Below, piece after piece: positions 47,234 to 57,436 of a stretch of DNA of 64,000 nucleotides (positions within the stretch are counted from its first letter, which is position 1; the number at the start of each line of letters is the position of its first letter). Below the pieces are notes generated by a model that searched no databases, was not told the origin of the DNA, and saw only the letters and a list, made by a program, of their open reading frames with translations. Source of the DNA: Nitrospiria bacterium (lineage in GTDB: Bacteria > Nitrospirota > UBA9217); the NCBI GenBank assembly GCA_919901555.1, contig CAKKPG010000052.1:11951-75950 (forward strand). Direction: 5' to 3'. Made by a program: the position numbers and the translations under genes.

Positions 47234-48604
47234 TTATTGTTCCCTGATCTTGTATTTCTTCAACTTGTACCTCAGCACCCGCTCGCTGATGCCCAACTTC
47301 TCGGCAGCGCGCGTCTGCACCCCTCCGGTCTCTTTGAGCGCCTCGAGGATAAGGCCCCGCTCCACCGTGTCCAGCGTCTCGTTCAGCGAGCCTTCCACCT
47401 GCTGCGCGGGAAGCTTTCCTTCGCCCATTGCGGCTTGTACGTGGATCGGAAGGTCCGCGGCGGTGACGGTCCCTTTCTTCGAGAGCACCACCGCCCGTTC
47501 GATGATGTTCTCCAGCTCGCGCACGTTGCCGGGAAAGGTGTAGCGCATGAGAAGGTCCCTGGCCTCGGCGGTCACGCCGCTGATCCGCTTCCGGTTCCCT
47601 TCGCTGTACTTTTTGACGAAGTGGTCCAGGAGCGCCGGGATGTCCTCCTTGCGGTCCCGGAGGGGCGGGATGACCACGGACACCACGTTCAGCCGGTAGT
47701 ACAGGTCTTCGCGGAACGCCCCCTCGCGGATCGCCTTTTCGAGGTCCCGGTTGGTGGCGGCGATGACGCGCACGTCGGTCTTGATCGTCTGGTTGCCGCC
47801 GAGCCGCTCGAACTCTTTTTCCTGGAGCACCCGGAGGAGCTTTACCTGCATTGCCGGCGCCAGATCGCCGATCTCGTCGAGGAACAGCGTCCCCTTGTCC
47901 GCGGCCTCGAACCGGCCGATCCTCCGCGCCGCGGCGCCGGTGAACGCGCCTTTCTCGTGGCCGAAGAGCTCGCTTTCGAGGAGCGTCTCGGGCAGGGCCG
48001 CGCAGTTCACTTTGACGAGCGGTTGGTCCGCCCGGGGGCTGTGGTAGTGGATGGCCTTGGCAACGAGCTCCTTGCCCGTGCCGCTCTCGCCCCGGAGCAG
48101 GACCGTGGCATTGCTCGATGCCACGCGGCCGGCGAGGTTCAGCGCCTCTTCCATGGCGTGGCTCGTGCTCACGATCTCGTCGAACTTGTACCGCTCCCGC
48201 AGCTGCTCCTTGAGCTCGGTGTTCTCGCGGATGAGGTCCTGGCGCTCGGCGATCCGCTCGACGAGAAGCGCCACCTGGTCCACGTCCACGGGCTTCGGCA
48301 GGTAATCGTAGGCGCCGGCCTTGATGGCCTTAACGGCCGTCTCGATGGTCCCGAAAGCGGTCATGATGATCACCGCCAGGTCGGGATTGATCCGACGCGC
48401 CTCGTCCGAGGTCCGGAGGGCGTCCACGCCGGGGATGTTGCAGTCCGTGAGGAAAACGTCGAACCGCTCCCGCTTAAGCGCCGCTACGGCTTCCGGCACG
48501 CTTGCCACGCCGTGGGCATCGTAGCCTTTCTGACGCAGAGACTCCGCGATCCTGCGGCGCTCCTGCGCCTCGTCGTCCATGATGAGTATGCGGGCTTCCT
48601 GCAT
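47234..48604 (-). CDS. Sigma54-dependent response regulator (NtrC/AtoC family)
   Basis: Receiver; GESGTGKE; GAFTGA; PGNVREL; Fis-type HTH. Confidence 0.93.
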   Translation of the reverse strand: MQEARILIMDDEAQERRRIAESLRQKGYDAHGVASVPEAVAALKRERFDVFLTDCNIPGVDALRTSDEARRINPDLAVIIMTAFGTIETAVKAIKAGAYDYLPKPVDVDQVALLVERIAERQDLIRENTELKEQLRERYKFDEIVSTSHAMEEALNLAGRVASSNATVLLRGESGTGKELVAKAIHYHSPRADQPLVKVNCAALPETLLESELFGHEKGAFTGAAARRIGRFEAADKGTLFLDEIGDLAPAMQVKLLRVLQEKEFERLGGNQTIKTDVRVIAATNRDLEKAIREGAFREDLYYRLNVVSVVIPPLRDRKEDIPALLDHFVKKYSEGNRKRISGVTAEARDLLMRYTFPGNVRELENIIERAVVLSKKGTVTAADLPIHVQAAMGEGKLPAQQVEGSLNETLDTVERGLILEALKETGGVQTRAAEKLGISERVLRYKLKKYKIREQ

Positions 48605-48639
48605 CTATCTTTACTCCTCTTACCACGAAGTCACGAAGG

Positions 48640-48790
48640 CACGAAGTCTGATGAATGCAAAATGCAGAGTGCAAAATGCAAAAGTCAAAATGAAGAGGTA
48701 TAAAATCATGGCCTAAGGGCCATACCGCAATTTTGCAATTTGCATTTTGCAATTTGACTTATGCATTGCATTCTTCGTGTCTCAGTGTCT
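48640..48790. repeat. About 150-bp palindromic element with 7-bp periodic arms
   Basis: AATGCAA-type arm, ATGGCCTAAGGGCCAT core, TTGCATT-type arm; near reverse complement of 51960-52110. Confidence 0.8.
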
Positions 48791-48810
48791 TTGCGGCTCC
48801 AATGTGTTTT

Positions 48811-49788
48811 TTATATTCTACCCCCGCTGACCTTCTCATACAAATCCAGCACGATCCCTTCCCGCAGGCCCCAATCGCTCACAAGCATTTCGGGATACCC
48901 GTATTGGTCCATGATCTCCTGGGCAACGACGGCGCCTGCCAGGACGATGTCTTCGCGGCCGCGCTCCAGCCCTGCCATCTCCCTGCGCCGGGCCAGGGTG
49001 CTTGCGCTCAGTCGGTCAATGATGGCATCAAGAGACTCCCGTCGCAGCACGAAGCCGTTTATCCGGGCGGGATCATATACCTGAAGGCCCTGGTCCATGG
49101 CGGCAAGGGTGGTTATGGCGCCGGCCGTGCCCGCACACACCCGGGCGGGCGTGGTCCCTGTGCCCGACGTTCGCTGCCTGCCCTTTTCATATCCATCGAG
49201 CTCGATCCTCACCGCGCGCCGGAGCGCATTCAGCTCAGCTGCCGACGGGGGATCGCTCCTGATGAACCGCTCCGTGAGATAGACCGCGCCCAGCGGCAGG
49301 CTTGCGATTTCAGGTTCCGAACCGCGACGGGTGACGATGAGCTCCGTGCTTCCGCCGCCGATGTCGATCACCAGCGCCGACTCAAGAGGACCGGCATCCA
49401 GGCCCTTTTGCGCGGCCTTGAGCGCCCCAGCCACGCCGAGCAGCATGAGCCGTGCCTCGTCTTCGCCCGTTATGACCGCGATATCGATCCCCGCCCTCTG
49501 CTTTGCCTCGCCGATGAATTCCCCGGCATTCGCCGCATTCCTGAGCGCGCTCGTGCCCACCGCCGCGGCGCGGACCGCCGGATACTCCCTGATCTTTGCG
49601 CTGAAGTCCATGAGCGCGGCGATCGAACGCTCCACGGCGCCGCGGGAGAGGGCGGCGGTGCGGTCGAGGTCCTGCCCCAGACGGGTGATTTTTCTGTCGG
49701 AATAGAGTTCACTGAACGCGCCGGGCCCTGTTTCGGCCACGAGCAGACGGAGGGTGTTGGTCCCGATATCAATCCCCGCAAGGATCAT
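48811..49788 (-). CDS. ppx: Ppx/GppA exopolyphosphatase
   Basis: IDIGTNT, TSALR, DIGGGSTE, GLREG. Confidence 0.88.
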   Translation of the reverse strand: MILAGIDIGTNTLRLLVAETGPGAFSELYSDRKITRLGQDLDRTAALSRGAVERSIAALMDFSAKIREYPAVRAAAVGTSALRNAANAGEFIGEAKQRAGIDIAVITGEDEARLMLLGVAGALKAAQKGLDAGPLESALVIDIGGGSTELIVTRRGSEPEIASLPLGAVYLTERFIRSDPPSAAELNALRRAVRIELDGYEKGRQRTSGTGTTPARVCAGTAGAITTLAAMDQGLQVYDPARINGFVLRRESLDAIIDRLSASTLARRREMAGLERGREDIVLAGAVVAQEIMDQYGYPEMLVSDWGLREGIVLDLYEKVSGGRI

Positions 49789-50237
49789 TGCAAAAGCAGT
49801 TCCTTGAGCTTCGCGCCATATGCCTTCACGCGCATGGCAAGCAGCTTGGCGAGCGCCAGGAGGACCCGGGCGCCGGTCCTCGGGTCGAGGTCGAGGAGCG
49901 CCTGAAAGTCTTTTCGCGTAAGGAAGAGGATCTCGGAATCGGTCTCGGCCCGCGCCGTTACGAGCCGGCTCTCCTCCTGGAGGAGGGCGAGCTCGCCGAA
50001 GAATTCACCGGGCCCGAGCAGAAGGAGCCCCACCTCCCGGCCGTCGCCGGCCGTCGCGGTGATCCTGACGACGCCGCTCTTGACGATGTAAAGCGCCTCG
50101 GCAGGCATCTTCTCGGCAAAGATGGTGGTGTTCGGCTTGACCTGGCGCTCCTGGAACAGCCCGATCGCGAGTTCGAGGTCTTCCTTCGAACTCCCCTTGA
50201 AGAGCACCGTAGCTTGCAAGAGCTCCAGATTATCCAT
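49785..50237 (-). CDS. Cyclic-nucleotide-binding domain protein
   Basis: LYIVKSG.V...GEFFGELALL...R; no HTH; GGAG RBS before MDNLE. Confidence 0.8.
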   Translation of the reverse strand: MDNLELLQATVLFKGSSKEDLELAIGLFQERQVKPNTTIFAEKMPAEALYIVKSGVVRITATAGDGREVGLLLLGPGEFFGELALLQEESRLVTARAETDSEILFLTRKDFQALLDLDPRTGARVLLALAKLLAMRVKAYGAKLKELLLQ

Positions 50238-50369
50238 CGACGCTCCCTGCGTGCCTGATTTTCGAAACCGCTGGACTGCAACAGTTACTGCATTATAGGC
50301 CGACAAATTTTCCTTGTCAAGAAACAAGGGAACAGAAAAAATATACATTGCCGGAACCAAAACTGCTTG

Positions 50370-50455
50370 AACACGAATTCCGCGAATGATACGAATAGTG
50401 CAAATGAGACCCGGGACGTATTCGTGCAATTCGTCCCTTTCGTGACATTCGTGGT
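50370..50455. repeat. Palindromic element with about 9-bp periodic ACGAAT/ATTCGT arms
   Basis: ACACGAATTCCGCGAATGATACGAAT...ATTCGTGCAATTCGTCCCTTTCGTGACATTCGTG. Confidence 0.6.
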
Positions 50456-50493
50456 AAAGTTTTTAGAATTTGCTTTTCCCTTTCAGAAAAAAC

Positions 50494-51936
50494 CTATTTC
50501 TCCGCCGGCGCCGCCATGACCGTCTTGCGCTCCGAGAGCGTCACCAGTCCCGGCTTTGCGCCCTTCGGTTTCTTTACGAACTTCGCGCGCGTGTAGGCGA
50601 CAGGCACCTTGCCCGCGCTCCTCCCCTTGCTATGGTAAGCGGCCAGCGATGCGGCCTTCATGAGCACCCCGGAAGGGACCTCCGTGCGCCCGGGATTCCT
50701 GATGAGCACATGGGATCCGGCCATGCCCTCGGCATGGAGCCAGAGGTCGTCGGGACGGGCCAGCTTCGTGGTGATATGGTCGTTGCCGGCGGCGCTCTTG
50801 CCCACAAGTATTTCCCAGCCTTCGTAGATATATTTCCGGTACCCCTGCGACGCTTCAGGCGCGGGTTTCCCGGAAGCGGCCGGCCTCCCTTGAACAGCAT
50901 ACCCCCGGGCCGCAAGCTCGGAGCGGACATGAACGATGGCATCTTCGTCGTCAGCGTGATTACAGGCCTCCTGGAGGGAGCGCAGGAAGGCAATCTCGGC
51001 GCGGGTCTCGTCCAGTCTTTTCATGATAAGCGCATGCCCGGCCCTGGCTTTCTTATATCTCCGGAAGCAGGCATCGGCGTTCCGGGCAGGCGATTTCTTC
51101 GGATCGAGCCGCACCGTGACCGTCCTTCCGTCGTAGCCGGTGAGCTCCGCCTGCTCCGCGCCCTTTTCGATATGCTTAAGGTTCGCCAAAATGAGGTCTC
51201 CCGCCCGCCGGTACTCGTCGGCCTTTTCCGCGGAGACGAGATCGCCGGAAACCGCCTCGGCCCTGCGCTCGGCCTTTGACAGCGCCTTTTTCATAACAGC
51301 GGAAAGCTGGGCGTGGACCCCGTCGAGCCGGCGCCGGCGAAGCAGGTCCCCGTAATACTGCTCCACGATCCTGTTCGGGGAGGACCTCTTGCCGGAGCCG
51401 GGGCCGAAAGCGTCAAGAGGACCAGGCCCGGTCCCGGCCTTTCCTTCGCAACGGGCCTTCTTTTCCTGCGGCTCGTAGGTGAGCCCCGGCAGGAGCGGCC
51501 GCTTTACGCCCTGTCCCGGGGGGACGGGATGATAGACCACGAGGATCGCAGACGCCCCGTCCATGAGAATGAGATTTGCGGCGGAGCCGAAGAGTTCGAA
51601 TACCAGGCGGTAGACGGCGTTGCCGTTGGTGAAGCGAAACTCCGCCACCCGGTCATGATTCACGAGGCTGATTTCCTCGACCCTGGTCCCGGAGAGATGG
51701 CTCCTGAGATAGAGGACAAACCCGTGCACGGGGCCTGCTGCGGGGGGCTTTTTCGAGACAAGGTGCAGGCGGGGCAGAGAACGGTCGGGTGAAACGAGCA
51801 GGACATGGTCCTTCCGGTCCCGGTGGAAGAGAAGGCAGATGCCGTGGTTGCCCTCCTGATAGACCCGCTCGAGCCGCGCGCCGGAAAGAAGTGCGGAAAG
51901 CTCGTCCACAACCTGGGAGAGAAGATCAAAGTCCAT
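50494..51936 (-). CDS. NFACT family protein (RqcH/FbpA-like)
   Basis: N-terminal NFACT domain (DRV...ELFG..NLIL); C-terminal GKSA.GND...WLHA...GSHV...KKPKGAKPG. Confidence 0.88.
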   Translation of the reverse strand: MDFDLLSQVVDELSALLSGARLERVYQEGNHGICLLFHRDRKDHVLLVSPDRSLPRLHLVSKKPPAAGPVHGFVLYLRSHLSGTRVEEISLVNHDRVAEFRFTNGNAVYRLVFELFGSAANLILMDGASAILVVYHPVPPGQGVKRPLLPGLTYEPQEKKARCEGKAGTGPGPLDAFGPGSGKRSSPNRIVEQYYGDLLRRRRLDGVHAQLSAVMKKALSKAERRAEAVSGDLVSAEKADEYRRAGDLILANLKHIEKGAEQAELTGYDGRTVTVRLDPKKSPARNADACFRRYKKARAGHALIMKRLDETRAEIAFLRSLQEACNHADDEDAIVHVRSELAARGYAVQGRPAASGKPAPEASQGYRKYIYEGWEILVGKSAAGNDHITTKLARPDDLWLHAEGMAGSHVLIRNPGRTEVPSGVLMKAASLAAYHSKGRSAGKVPVAYTRAKFVKKPKGAKPGLVTLSERKTVMAAPAEK

Positions 51937-51959
51937 GGGTCCTTACCAATGCCAGCCGC

Positions 51960-52110
51960 TCAGGCGCCAAGACATGAGAAAGCAATGCAAAAGTCAAATT
52001 TCAAAATGCAAATTGCAAAATGACGGTATGGCCTTAGACCCTGGTTTCTATTCCCTCATTTTGACTTTTGCATTTTGCACTCTGCATTTTACATTCATCA
52101 GACTTCGTGA
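51960..52110. repeat. Inverted sister copy of the 48640 heptamer palindromic element
   Basis: AATGCAAAAGTCAAATTTCAAAATGCAAATTGCAAAATG...CATTTTGACTTTTGCATTTTGCACTCTGCATTTTACATTCATCAGACTTCGTG. Confidence 0.8.
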
Positions 52111-52136
52111 CGACCCGCCTTCTTGGCAAAATACCA

Positions 52137-52892
52137 TCACGGCAAGTTCAGCGCCTTATGCGCCTGGGGGATGATGCGCACGTCGGGGATGATGTCGAGG
52201 GCGGAATGCTGGAACTCCAGGAGAACGGAAGGCTCGGGGGCGAGGGCGCCGCTCGCGGGCTGGATGATGAGCAAGACAGGAGCGCCCGACCCTGCGATAA
52301 GGTTCGCCGCCGTGATGATCTCGCCCTTCTTCGTGTCCTTCGTCACCACGGTCTTCACGAAAAGTTCCACGCCTCTGGCGGCTGCCAGGAATTTCCCATG
52401 CTCCTCCCACAGCGGCCTTTGCCCTGTCGCCGAGGGAAGCTTGAAGTCCATGCTCACCACGTGGACCAACTGCTTCAGCTTCTCCATGGCTTCGTAATGG
52501 ATGCCGCTGGTTTCGAGATAGACCCGGAACTCCCTGTTCACCTGCGGCAGCCACTGGGAGAGGAACTCGGACTGAAGCAGCGGCTCGCCCCCCGTGATGC
52601 TGAGAGTCGCGCGGGACCGTTTCCCCAGGACCAAACGGGAGCAGAGCGCCGTAAGGTCCGTTGCCGCCACGGGGTTCGGTACGTTCTCGGCTTCGAAGGA
52701 GTCAGGCGCCTTCTGGGCCCGGCAGAATTTCCGAGGTTCGCCGCGCGATGCGGCCGCGGACGCAGCAGGGGTATCGCAGTAGCGGCAGCGGAGATCGCAG
52801 CCCAGGAAGCGTACGAAGATGTGCCGCTCACCGATCCACGGCCCCTCACCCTGAAGGGAAACAAAAATTTCGTCCAGCCATGCCCCGGCCAT
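52137..52892 (-). CDS. queE: 7-carboxy-7-deazaguanine synthase
   Basis: EIFVSLQGEG..IG...FVRF.GCDLRCRYCDT; TGGEPL; IPQAHK. Confidence 0.88.
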   Translation of the reverse strand: MAGAWLDEIFVSLQGEGPWIGERHIFVRFLGCDLRCRYCDTPAASAAASRGEPRKFCRAQKAPDSFEAENVPNPVAATDLTALCSRLVLGKRSRATLSITGGEPLLQSEFLSQWLPQVNREFRVYLETSGIHYEAMEKLKQLVHVVSMDFKLPSATGQRPLWEEHGKFLAAARGVELFVKTVVTKDTKKGEIITAANLIAGSGAPVLLIIQPASGALAPEPSVLLEFQHSALDIIPDVRIIPQAHKALNLP

Positions 52893-53192
52893 GGGCAAAT
52901 AATACAGGACAGGGGCCTTAATTACAAGAACGTTTCTCTCGGCCTGATCCTGCCTCCCGCGGATCGTCTGCGATCACCATTCCGGCAGCAGAGAAGTCCG
53001 TGGAATCCGGCCTCACCATGGAGGCTGCCCATGCAAAAAGCGACCGCGGAATGAGCGGAGGATCTGGATTTTTCTCAGCCTGGCAGAAGGACGCCAGACA
53101 AATAAATACTGTTTAAAACAGGAATTTTTTTTATATTTCACCTTGACAAATCGACTTCAATCGGGTAACCTAATACCAAATCAGTAGGAGGA

Positions 53193-54536
53193 ATGATGAG
53201 TTATAGAATTATCTATATTTTTCTTGCACTTAGCATTTCCGCCAGCCTGTGGTCAACGCCTTCCGGCGCCATGCCCCAGGCTTCGGAAACGCAGAAGCAA
53301 GGCGTTCCGAGCGAGCTGAAACCGCCTGCGGAAGACCTCGCCCAGGTGGAAGAGTCCGTCGACGAATTCTTCGAAGAAAAACCCTATCAGATCCCCATGA
53401 TCCTGAACGACAGCGTCGAGAACCATTTGGAGTATTTCAAGACCAGGGGCAGAGAGGTCTTTCAGCGCTGGCTCGACCGTTCCGTTCAGTACATTCCGGT
53501 GATGAAGGACATCTTCAAGGAGAAGAACCTCCCCGAGGACCTGGTCTACGTCGCCATGATAGAAAGCGGCTTCAACCCTTATGCCGTGTCATGGGCAAAG
53601 GCCGTTGGTCCGTGGCAGTTCATGCCGGCCACCGGCAAGAGGTACGGTCTCAAGATCGACTGGTGGCTCGATGAGCGCAAGGACCCCATCAAATCCACCC
53701 ATGCGGCCGCGGAGCACCTCAAGGACCTCCATAACCTCTTCGGCTCCTGGCCCCTTGCCCTTGCGTCCTATAACGCAGGCGCGGGAAAGGTGCAGCGGGC
53801 CGTGCTTCGCACACGCTCCGAGGACTTCTGGGACCTCAAGGCGTCCCGGTACATCCGCAAGGAGACGAAGAACTACATCCCGAAATACATGGCGGCAACC
53901 ATCATCGCCAAGAACCCCGAGGCCTACGGGTTCAGCGTAACGAACACGGACACCTTCGCCTACGACGAGGTCTTGATCGGCGAGTGCACGGACCTTCGCC
54001 TCATCGCACGCTGCGCCGGGACCACCTATGAGGCGATCAAGGAGTTGAATCCCGAGCTCAGACGGTGGGTCACCCCGCCGGACGTGAAGAATTACACCAT
54101 CCGCCTGCCCAAAGGCACGAAGGAAACCTTTACGGCTAACTACGCAGCGATCCCGCCGGACCAGAGGATCAAGTGGGAGCGGCATGAGGTGCGAAAGGGG
54201 GACACCCTCTCCGCCATCGCCAAACAGTACAATACGACGCCCGAAGCCATCCACGACGTCAACGGCCTGGGAAAGAGCCGCCTGTCGCCGGGCAAGCATC
54301 TCCTGATTCCGGTGGACATCAGCGGCAAGACCCAGTACGTCGCCTCCCTGATGCCGGAGCAGAGCGGGAAGAGACAGCAGATACTCTACCGGGTGCGCCG
54401 CGGCGAAACGCTCTGGAAGATCGCCAGGGACCATAACGTGAGCGTTACGGACATCAAAGAGTGGAACCCGGGGCTCGGCAAATCGGTGCGCTCCGGCCGC
54501 AAGATAAAGCTCGTCGTGGATGTGGACCAGATATAA
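53193..54536 (+). CDS. mltD: Lytic murein transglycosylase with LysM domains (MltD-like)
   Basis: AMIESG, AVGPWQFM, ASYNAG, ETKNY; LysM repeats. Confidence 0.88.
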   Translation: MMSYRIIYIFLALSISASLWSTPSGAMPQASETQKQGVPSELKPPAEDLAQVEESVDEFFEEKPYQIPMILNDSVENHLEYFKTRGREVFQRWLDRSVQYIPVMKDIFKEKNLPEDLVYVAMIESGFNPYAVSWAKAVGPWQFMPATGKRYGLKIDWWLDERKDPIKSTHAAAEHLKDLHNLFGSWPLALASYNAGAGKVQRAVLRTRSEDFWDLKASRYIRKETKNYIPKYMAATIIAKNPEAYGFSVTNTDTFAYDEVLIGECTDLRLIARCAGTTYEAIKELNPELRRWVTPPDVKNYTIRLPKGTKETFTANYAAIPPDQRIKWERHEVRKGDTLSAIAKQYNTTPEAIHDVNGLGKSRLSPGKHLLIPVDISGKTQYVASLMPEQSGKRQQILYRVRRGETLWKIARDHNVSVTDIKEWNPGLGKSVRSGRKIKLVVDVDQI

Positions 54537-54542
54537 CGATAC

Positions 54543-54600
54543 CCTAACCCGGACAAGCCGGAATTGTAAAATGCAAATTGAAAATTGCAAAATTGCGGTA
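54543..54600. repeat. CTAACCCGGACAAGCCGGAA-led heptamer element
   Basis: Leader followed by TTGTAAAATGCAAATTGAAAATTGCAAAATTG; related leaders at 26067 (-), 43888 (-) and 60519. Confidence 0.65.
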
Positions 54601-54639
54601 AAAATCAAGTTTGTAACTGACTAACGTGAGGGCAAAATA

Positions 54640-54669
54640 ACGCGGGTGAGGAAATTTCCTCACCCGCGT
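54640..54669. terminator. Hairpin between convergent mltD and kinase genes
   Basis: ACGCGGGTGAGGAAATTTCCTCACCCGCGT perfect palindrome flanked by A/T runs. Confidence 0.75.
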
Positions 54670-57308
54670 TATTTTTGGCGATGACTCGATGGGGTTCCGA
54701 GGATATGCCGGATCTTCCGGGCAAAATCATTCAAACTGAACGGCTTTTGAATGAACTGTACGCCTTCTTCCGCGATGCCGTGGTGGACAATTATATTCGA
54801 AGTGTATCCGGACATGAACAGCACCTTGATTCCGGGCCGTATTATCTTAATTCGGTCTCTCAGTTCTTTGCCGTTCATGTTCGGCATCACGACATCCGTG
54901 ATCAGAAGATCGATAGGACCGCGGTTCTTTTCGCATAAAGACAGCGCGTCAACAGAATTATTCGCGATCAGAACCGTGTAGCCGAATGATTTGAGCATCT
55001 CCGCTGTCATACCTCTCACCATGGCATCATCTTCCACCAGCAAGACGGTCCCGGTCCCGGAAACGACCGGTTTCCTGTCGGTTTTTGCAGGTGCTCTTTC
55101 CTGTTCAACGCCTTTCGGGATATAAACTTTGAACGTGGTTCCCACACCCGGTTCACTGGAGACACGAATGAATCCGCCATTCTGTTCGACGATCCCGTAG
55201 ACCGTGGCGAGCCCGAGTCCAGTTCCTTCACCGACGCCCTTCGTCGTGAAAAAAGGCTCAAAGATATGCGCGAGTGTTTCCTTATCCATGCCGAGCCCGT
55301 TATCGCTCACCTCCAGAAGAACATAGTCTCCCGGCATTAGCCCGCTCTGTTCACGGCAACGAGCCTCGTCAAGGGAGATGTTGACCGTTTTTATTATCAG
55401 CTTACCCCCGGAGGGCAGGGCATCGCGGGCATTGACCGCCAGATTAACAAGGACCTGCTCGATCTGTGCCGGATCAAACAGGATATTCCAGAGGCCGGCC
55501 CCTGGATAAAACTGAAGCTCAACGTCCTCGCCGATGAGAGGCTCAATCGTTTTTTTTGCATCGGAGATAATATCATTCAGGTTCGCCGACCGGGGCGCGA
55601 TAAGCTGCTTTCGGGAAAATGCAAGGAGCTGGGCGGTTACGTCCCGGGAGTGAAAAGCTGCTTTTTCGATTGCCTGGAGATCCTGGAGGAGCGGATCATA
55701 AACGGGCAGGCGTGCCTTGATCAATTCCGTGTAGCCCAGAATGACGCAGAGCATATTATTAAAATCATGGGCCACTCCCCCTGCCAGGCGGCCGATGGAT
55801 TCCATCTTCTGTGACTGCACTAATTGGGACTGGAGCTTCTGTTTCTCTTCCTCGGCATGTTTGCGGTCGGTGATGTCCCGCAGGACCGCCAGGACGCGGC
55901 CTTCCCCGCCGATTCGCGTGGCGGACAAAAGCACTTCGACCCAGAACAGTTCACCACTCTTTTTTCTGGATAACCACTCAAATGACTGATGGCCTTCCTG
56001 GAAAGCCTTTTGTATCCATTGCCGCGCTTCGTCATATGAGTACGGCGGCTCTCCGGAGCTTATCTTCTGTACCGTCTGATGAAGCAGTTCTTCACGGGAA
56101 TAGCCGAACATTTCCTCGACGGTCTTGTTCGCCTCCACGATGTCCCCGGACTCCGCATCATGCAGGAATATCGCGTCTTTTGAGGCGTTAAAGATCTCGC
56201 GGTAGTTCCTCTCGCTTTCAGTGAGCGCCTTCTCCCGTACGGCGAGCTGATCGGCCATATGGTCGAAGGTGCGGGCCAAATTTCCCAATTCACCGCCGAC
56301 GACAAGATTGGAGATCCTGGCCTGAAGATCGCCATCGGCAAGATCTCGTGAGGCTTTTTCCAGGAGGGTGACACGGTCCGCGATCGAGCGTTTTCCGATC
56401 AGTGAGGCGATAAAAAATGCAAGCACGAGGAACGAGGTATACACAGTCAGATTGTACCAGATCGTCTTGTTGGCGCTCGACAGGACAACATTGACCGGGA
56501 TCCCCGCCCGGATATACATATAGGGAGACTGCTCGCCGGAAAGACGCAGTTTGCGATAGGTTATGATGCGTTCGACGCCGTCAAGGTCGCGGACGGCAAG
56601 CGTATCGGCGTCAACGCCCTCCTGCATGCGCTTGAAGAGTCCGGGATCGAGTTGTTTCCCGACGTATTTTACGGGGTCTATGGCGCTGCTCATGACAATG
56701 CCTTTATGGTCAAGGAGCATGTAGCTTGCGCCGGGCGGCAGCTTGGAGCGTTCCAGCACGGGCATGAAAGAATCGGGGATGAAGCCGACGCAAATGGTCC
56801 CGCTGATCGCGCCGCGTTCATTCTTTTGGGGATAGGCCAGATTGAAGGAAGGCCTGCCCGTGGCCCTGCTGACGATGAATTCGCCCGATGACAGCTGTCC
56901 GCTTGCAAGCGCATTTCTGAAATACCGGCGGTCGGATATGATGAAGGGTCTTACGGGGACCGCCGTTGCCCAGACAAGGCCGTGGCGATCGGCCATGAAG
57001 ATGTTCGAATACTGGGCGTGCAGCTCGAGAATGTCTTTCAGGACCGGCTGCACCTGTGCGGTATTCTGCTTCCTGACATCAGGCAGTTGCGCCAGGGCGG
57101 TGATCAGCTGCCGCGCGGCAATAACCAGGCCCTGCTGCTCCGCCGCGATGCTCGCCGCGAGCTTCTGGGTCTCCCTGCGGCCGTCCTGGATCGCCTCGTC
57201 CCGCAGTTTCATACCTGAATAGATAATAATGCCCGCTGCGGGAAGAGCCACGATAAGGGTAATAAGAAACAACTGTGCCCGTATTGACAGTGAAAACAAT
57301 CTGGTCAT
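54669..57308 (-). CDS. Hybrid sensor kinase: Cache-like, HAMP, PAS, HisKA, HATPase, receiver
   Basis: QKMESIGRLAGGVAHDFNN; NARDA; GTGLGL; TDVVMP. Confidence 0.9.
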   Translation of the reverse strand: MTRLFSLSIRAQLFLITLIVALPAAGIIIYSGMKLRDEAIQDGRRETQKLAASIAAEQQGLVIAARQLITALAQLPDVRKQNTAQVQPVLKDILELHAQYSNIFMADRHGLVWATAVPVRPFIISDRRYFRNALASGQLSSGEFIVSRATGRPSFNLAYPQKNERGAISGTICVGFIPDSFMPVLERSKLPPGASYMLLDHKGIVMSSAIDPVKYVGKQLDPGLFKRMQEGVDADTLAVRDLDGVERIITYRKLRLSGEQSPYMYIRAGIPVNVVLSSANKTIWYNLTVYTSFLVLAFFIASLIGKRSIADRVTLLEKASRDLADGDLQARISNLVVGGELGNLARTFDHMADQLAVREKALTESERNYREIFNASKDAIFLHDAESGDIVEANKTVEEMFGYSREELLHQTVQKISSGEPPYSYDEARQWIQKAFQEGHQSFEWLSRKKSGELFWVEVLLSATRIGGEGRVLAVLRDITDRKHAEEEKQKLQSQLVQSQKMESIGRLAGGVAHDFNNMLCVILGYTELIKARLPVYDPLLQDLQAIEKAAFHSRDVTAQLLAFSRKQLIAPRSANLNDIISDAKKTIEPLIGEDVELQFYPGAGLWNILFDPAQIEQVLVNLAVNARDALPSGGKLIIKTVNISLDEARCREQSGLMPGDYVLLEVSDNGLGMDKETLAHIFEPFFTTKGVGEGTGLGLATVYGIVEQNGGFIRVSSEPGVGTTFKVYIPKGVEQERAPAKTDRKPVVSGTGTVLLVEDDAMVRGMTAEMLKSFGYTVLIANNSVDALSLCEKNRGPIDLLITDVVMPNMNGKELRDRIKIIRPGIKVLFMSGYTSNIIVHHGIAEEGVQFIQKPFSLNDFARKIRHILGTPSSHRQK

Positions 57309-57436
57309 CAGAGCATACCCCTCTTTGATGATCTCGAGAATTTATGTGTCAATTATATCAGGTTTTGGGCGTTGATGAGGCCGCCCGGCGGAAAGTGACG
57401 ATGTCAAATAAGATATGATTCTGGCGTGACCTTTGC

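Noticed and set aside
49785-50237. cNMP-domain protein as the regulator of the TATGAY motif
   Set aside because: Only 150 aa, with no C-terminal HTH
12605-54600. Heptamer repeats as a CRISPR array
   Set aside because: No constant repeat with unique spacers and no cas genes
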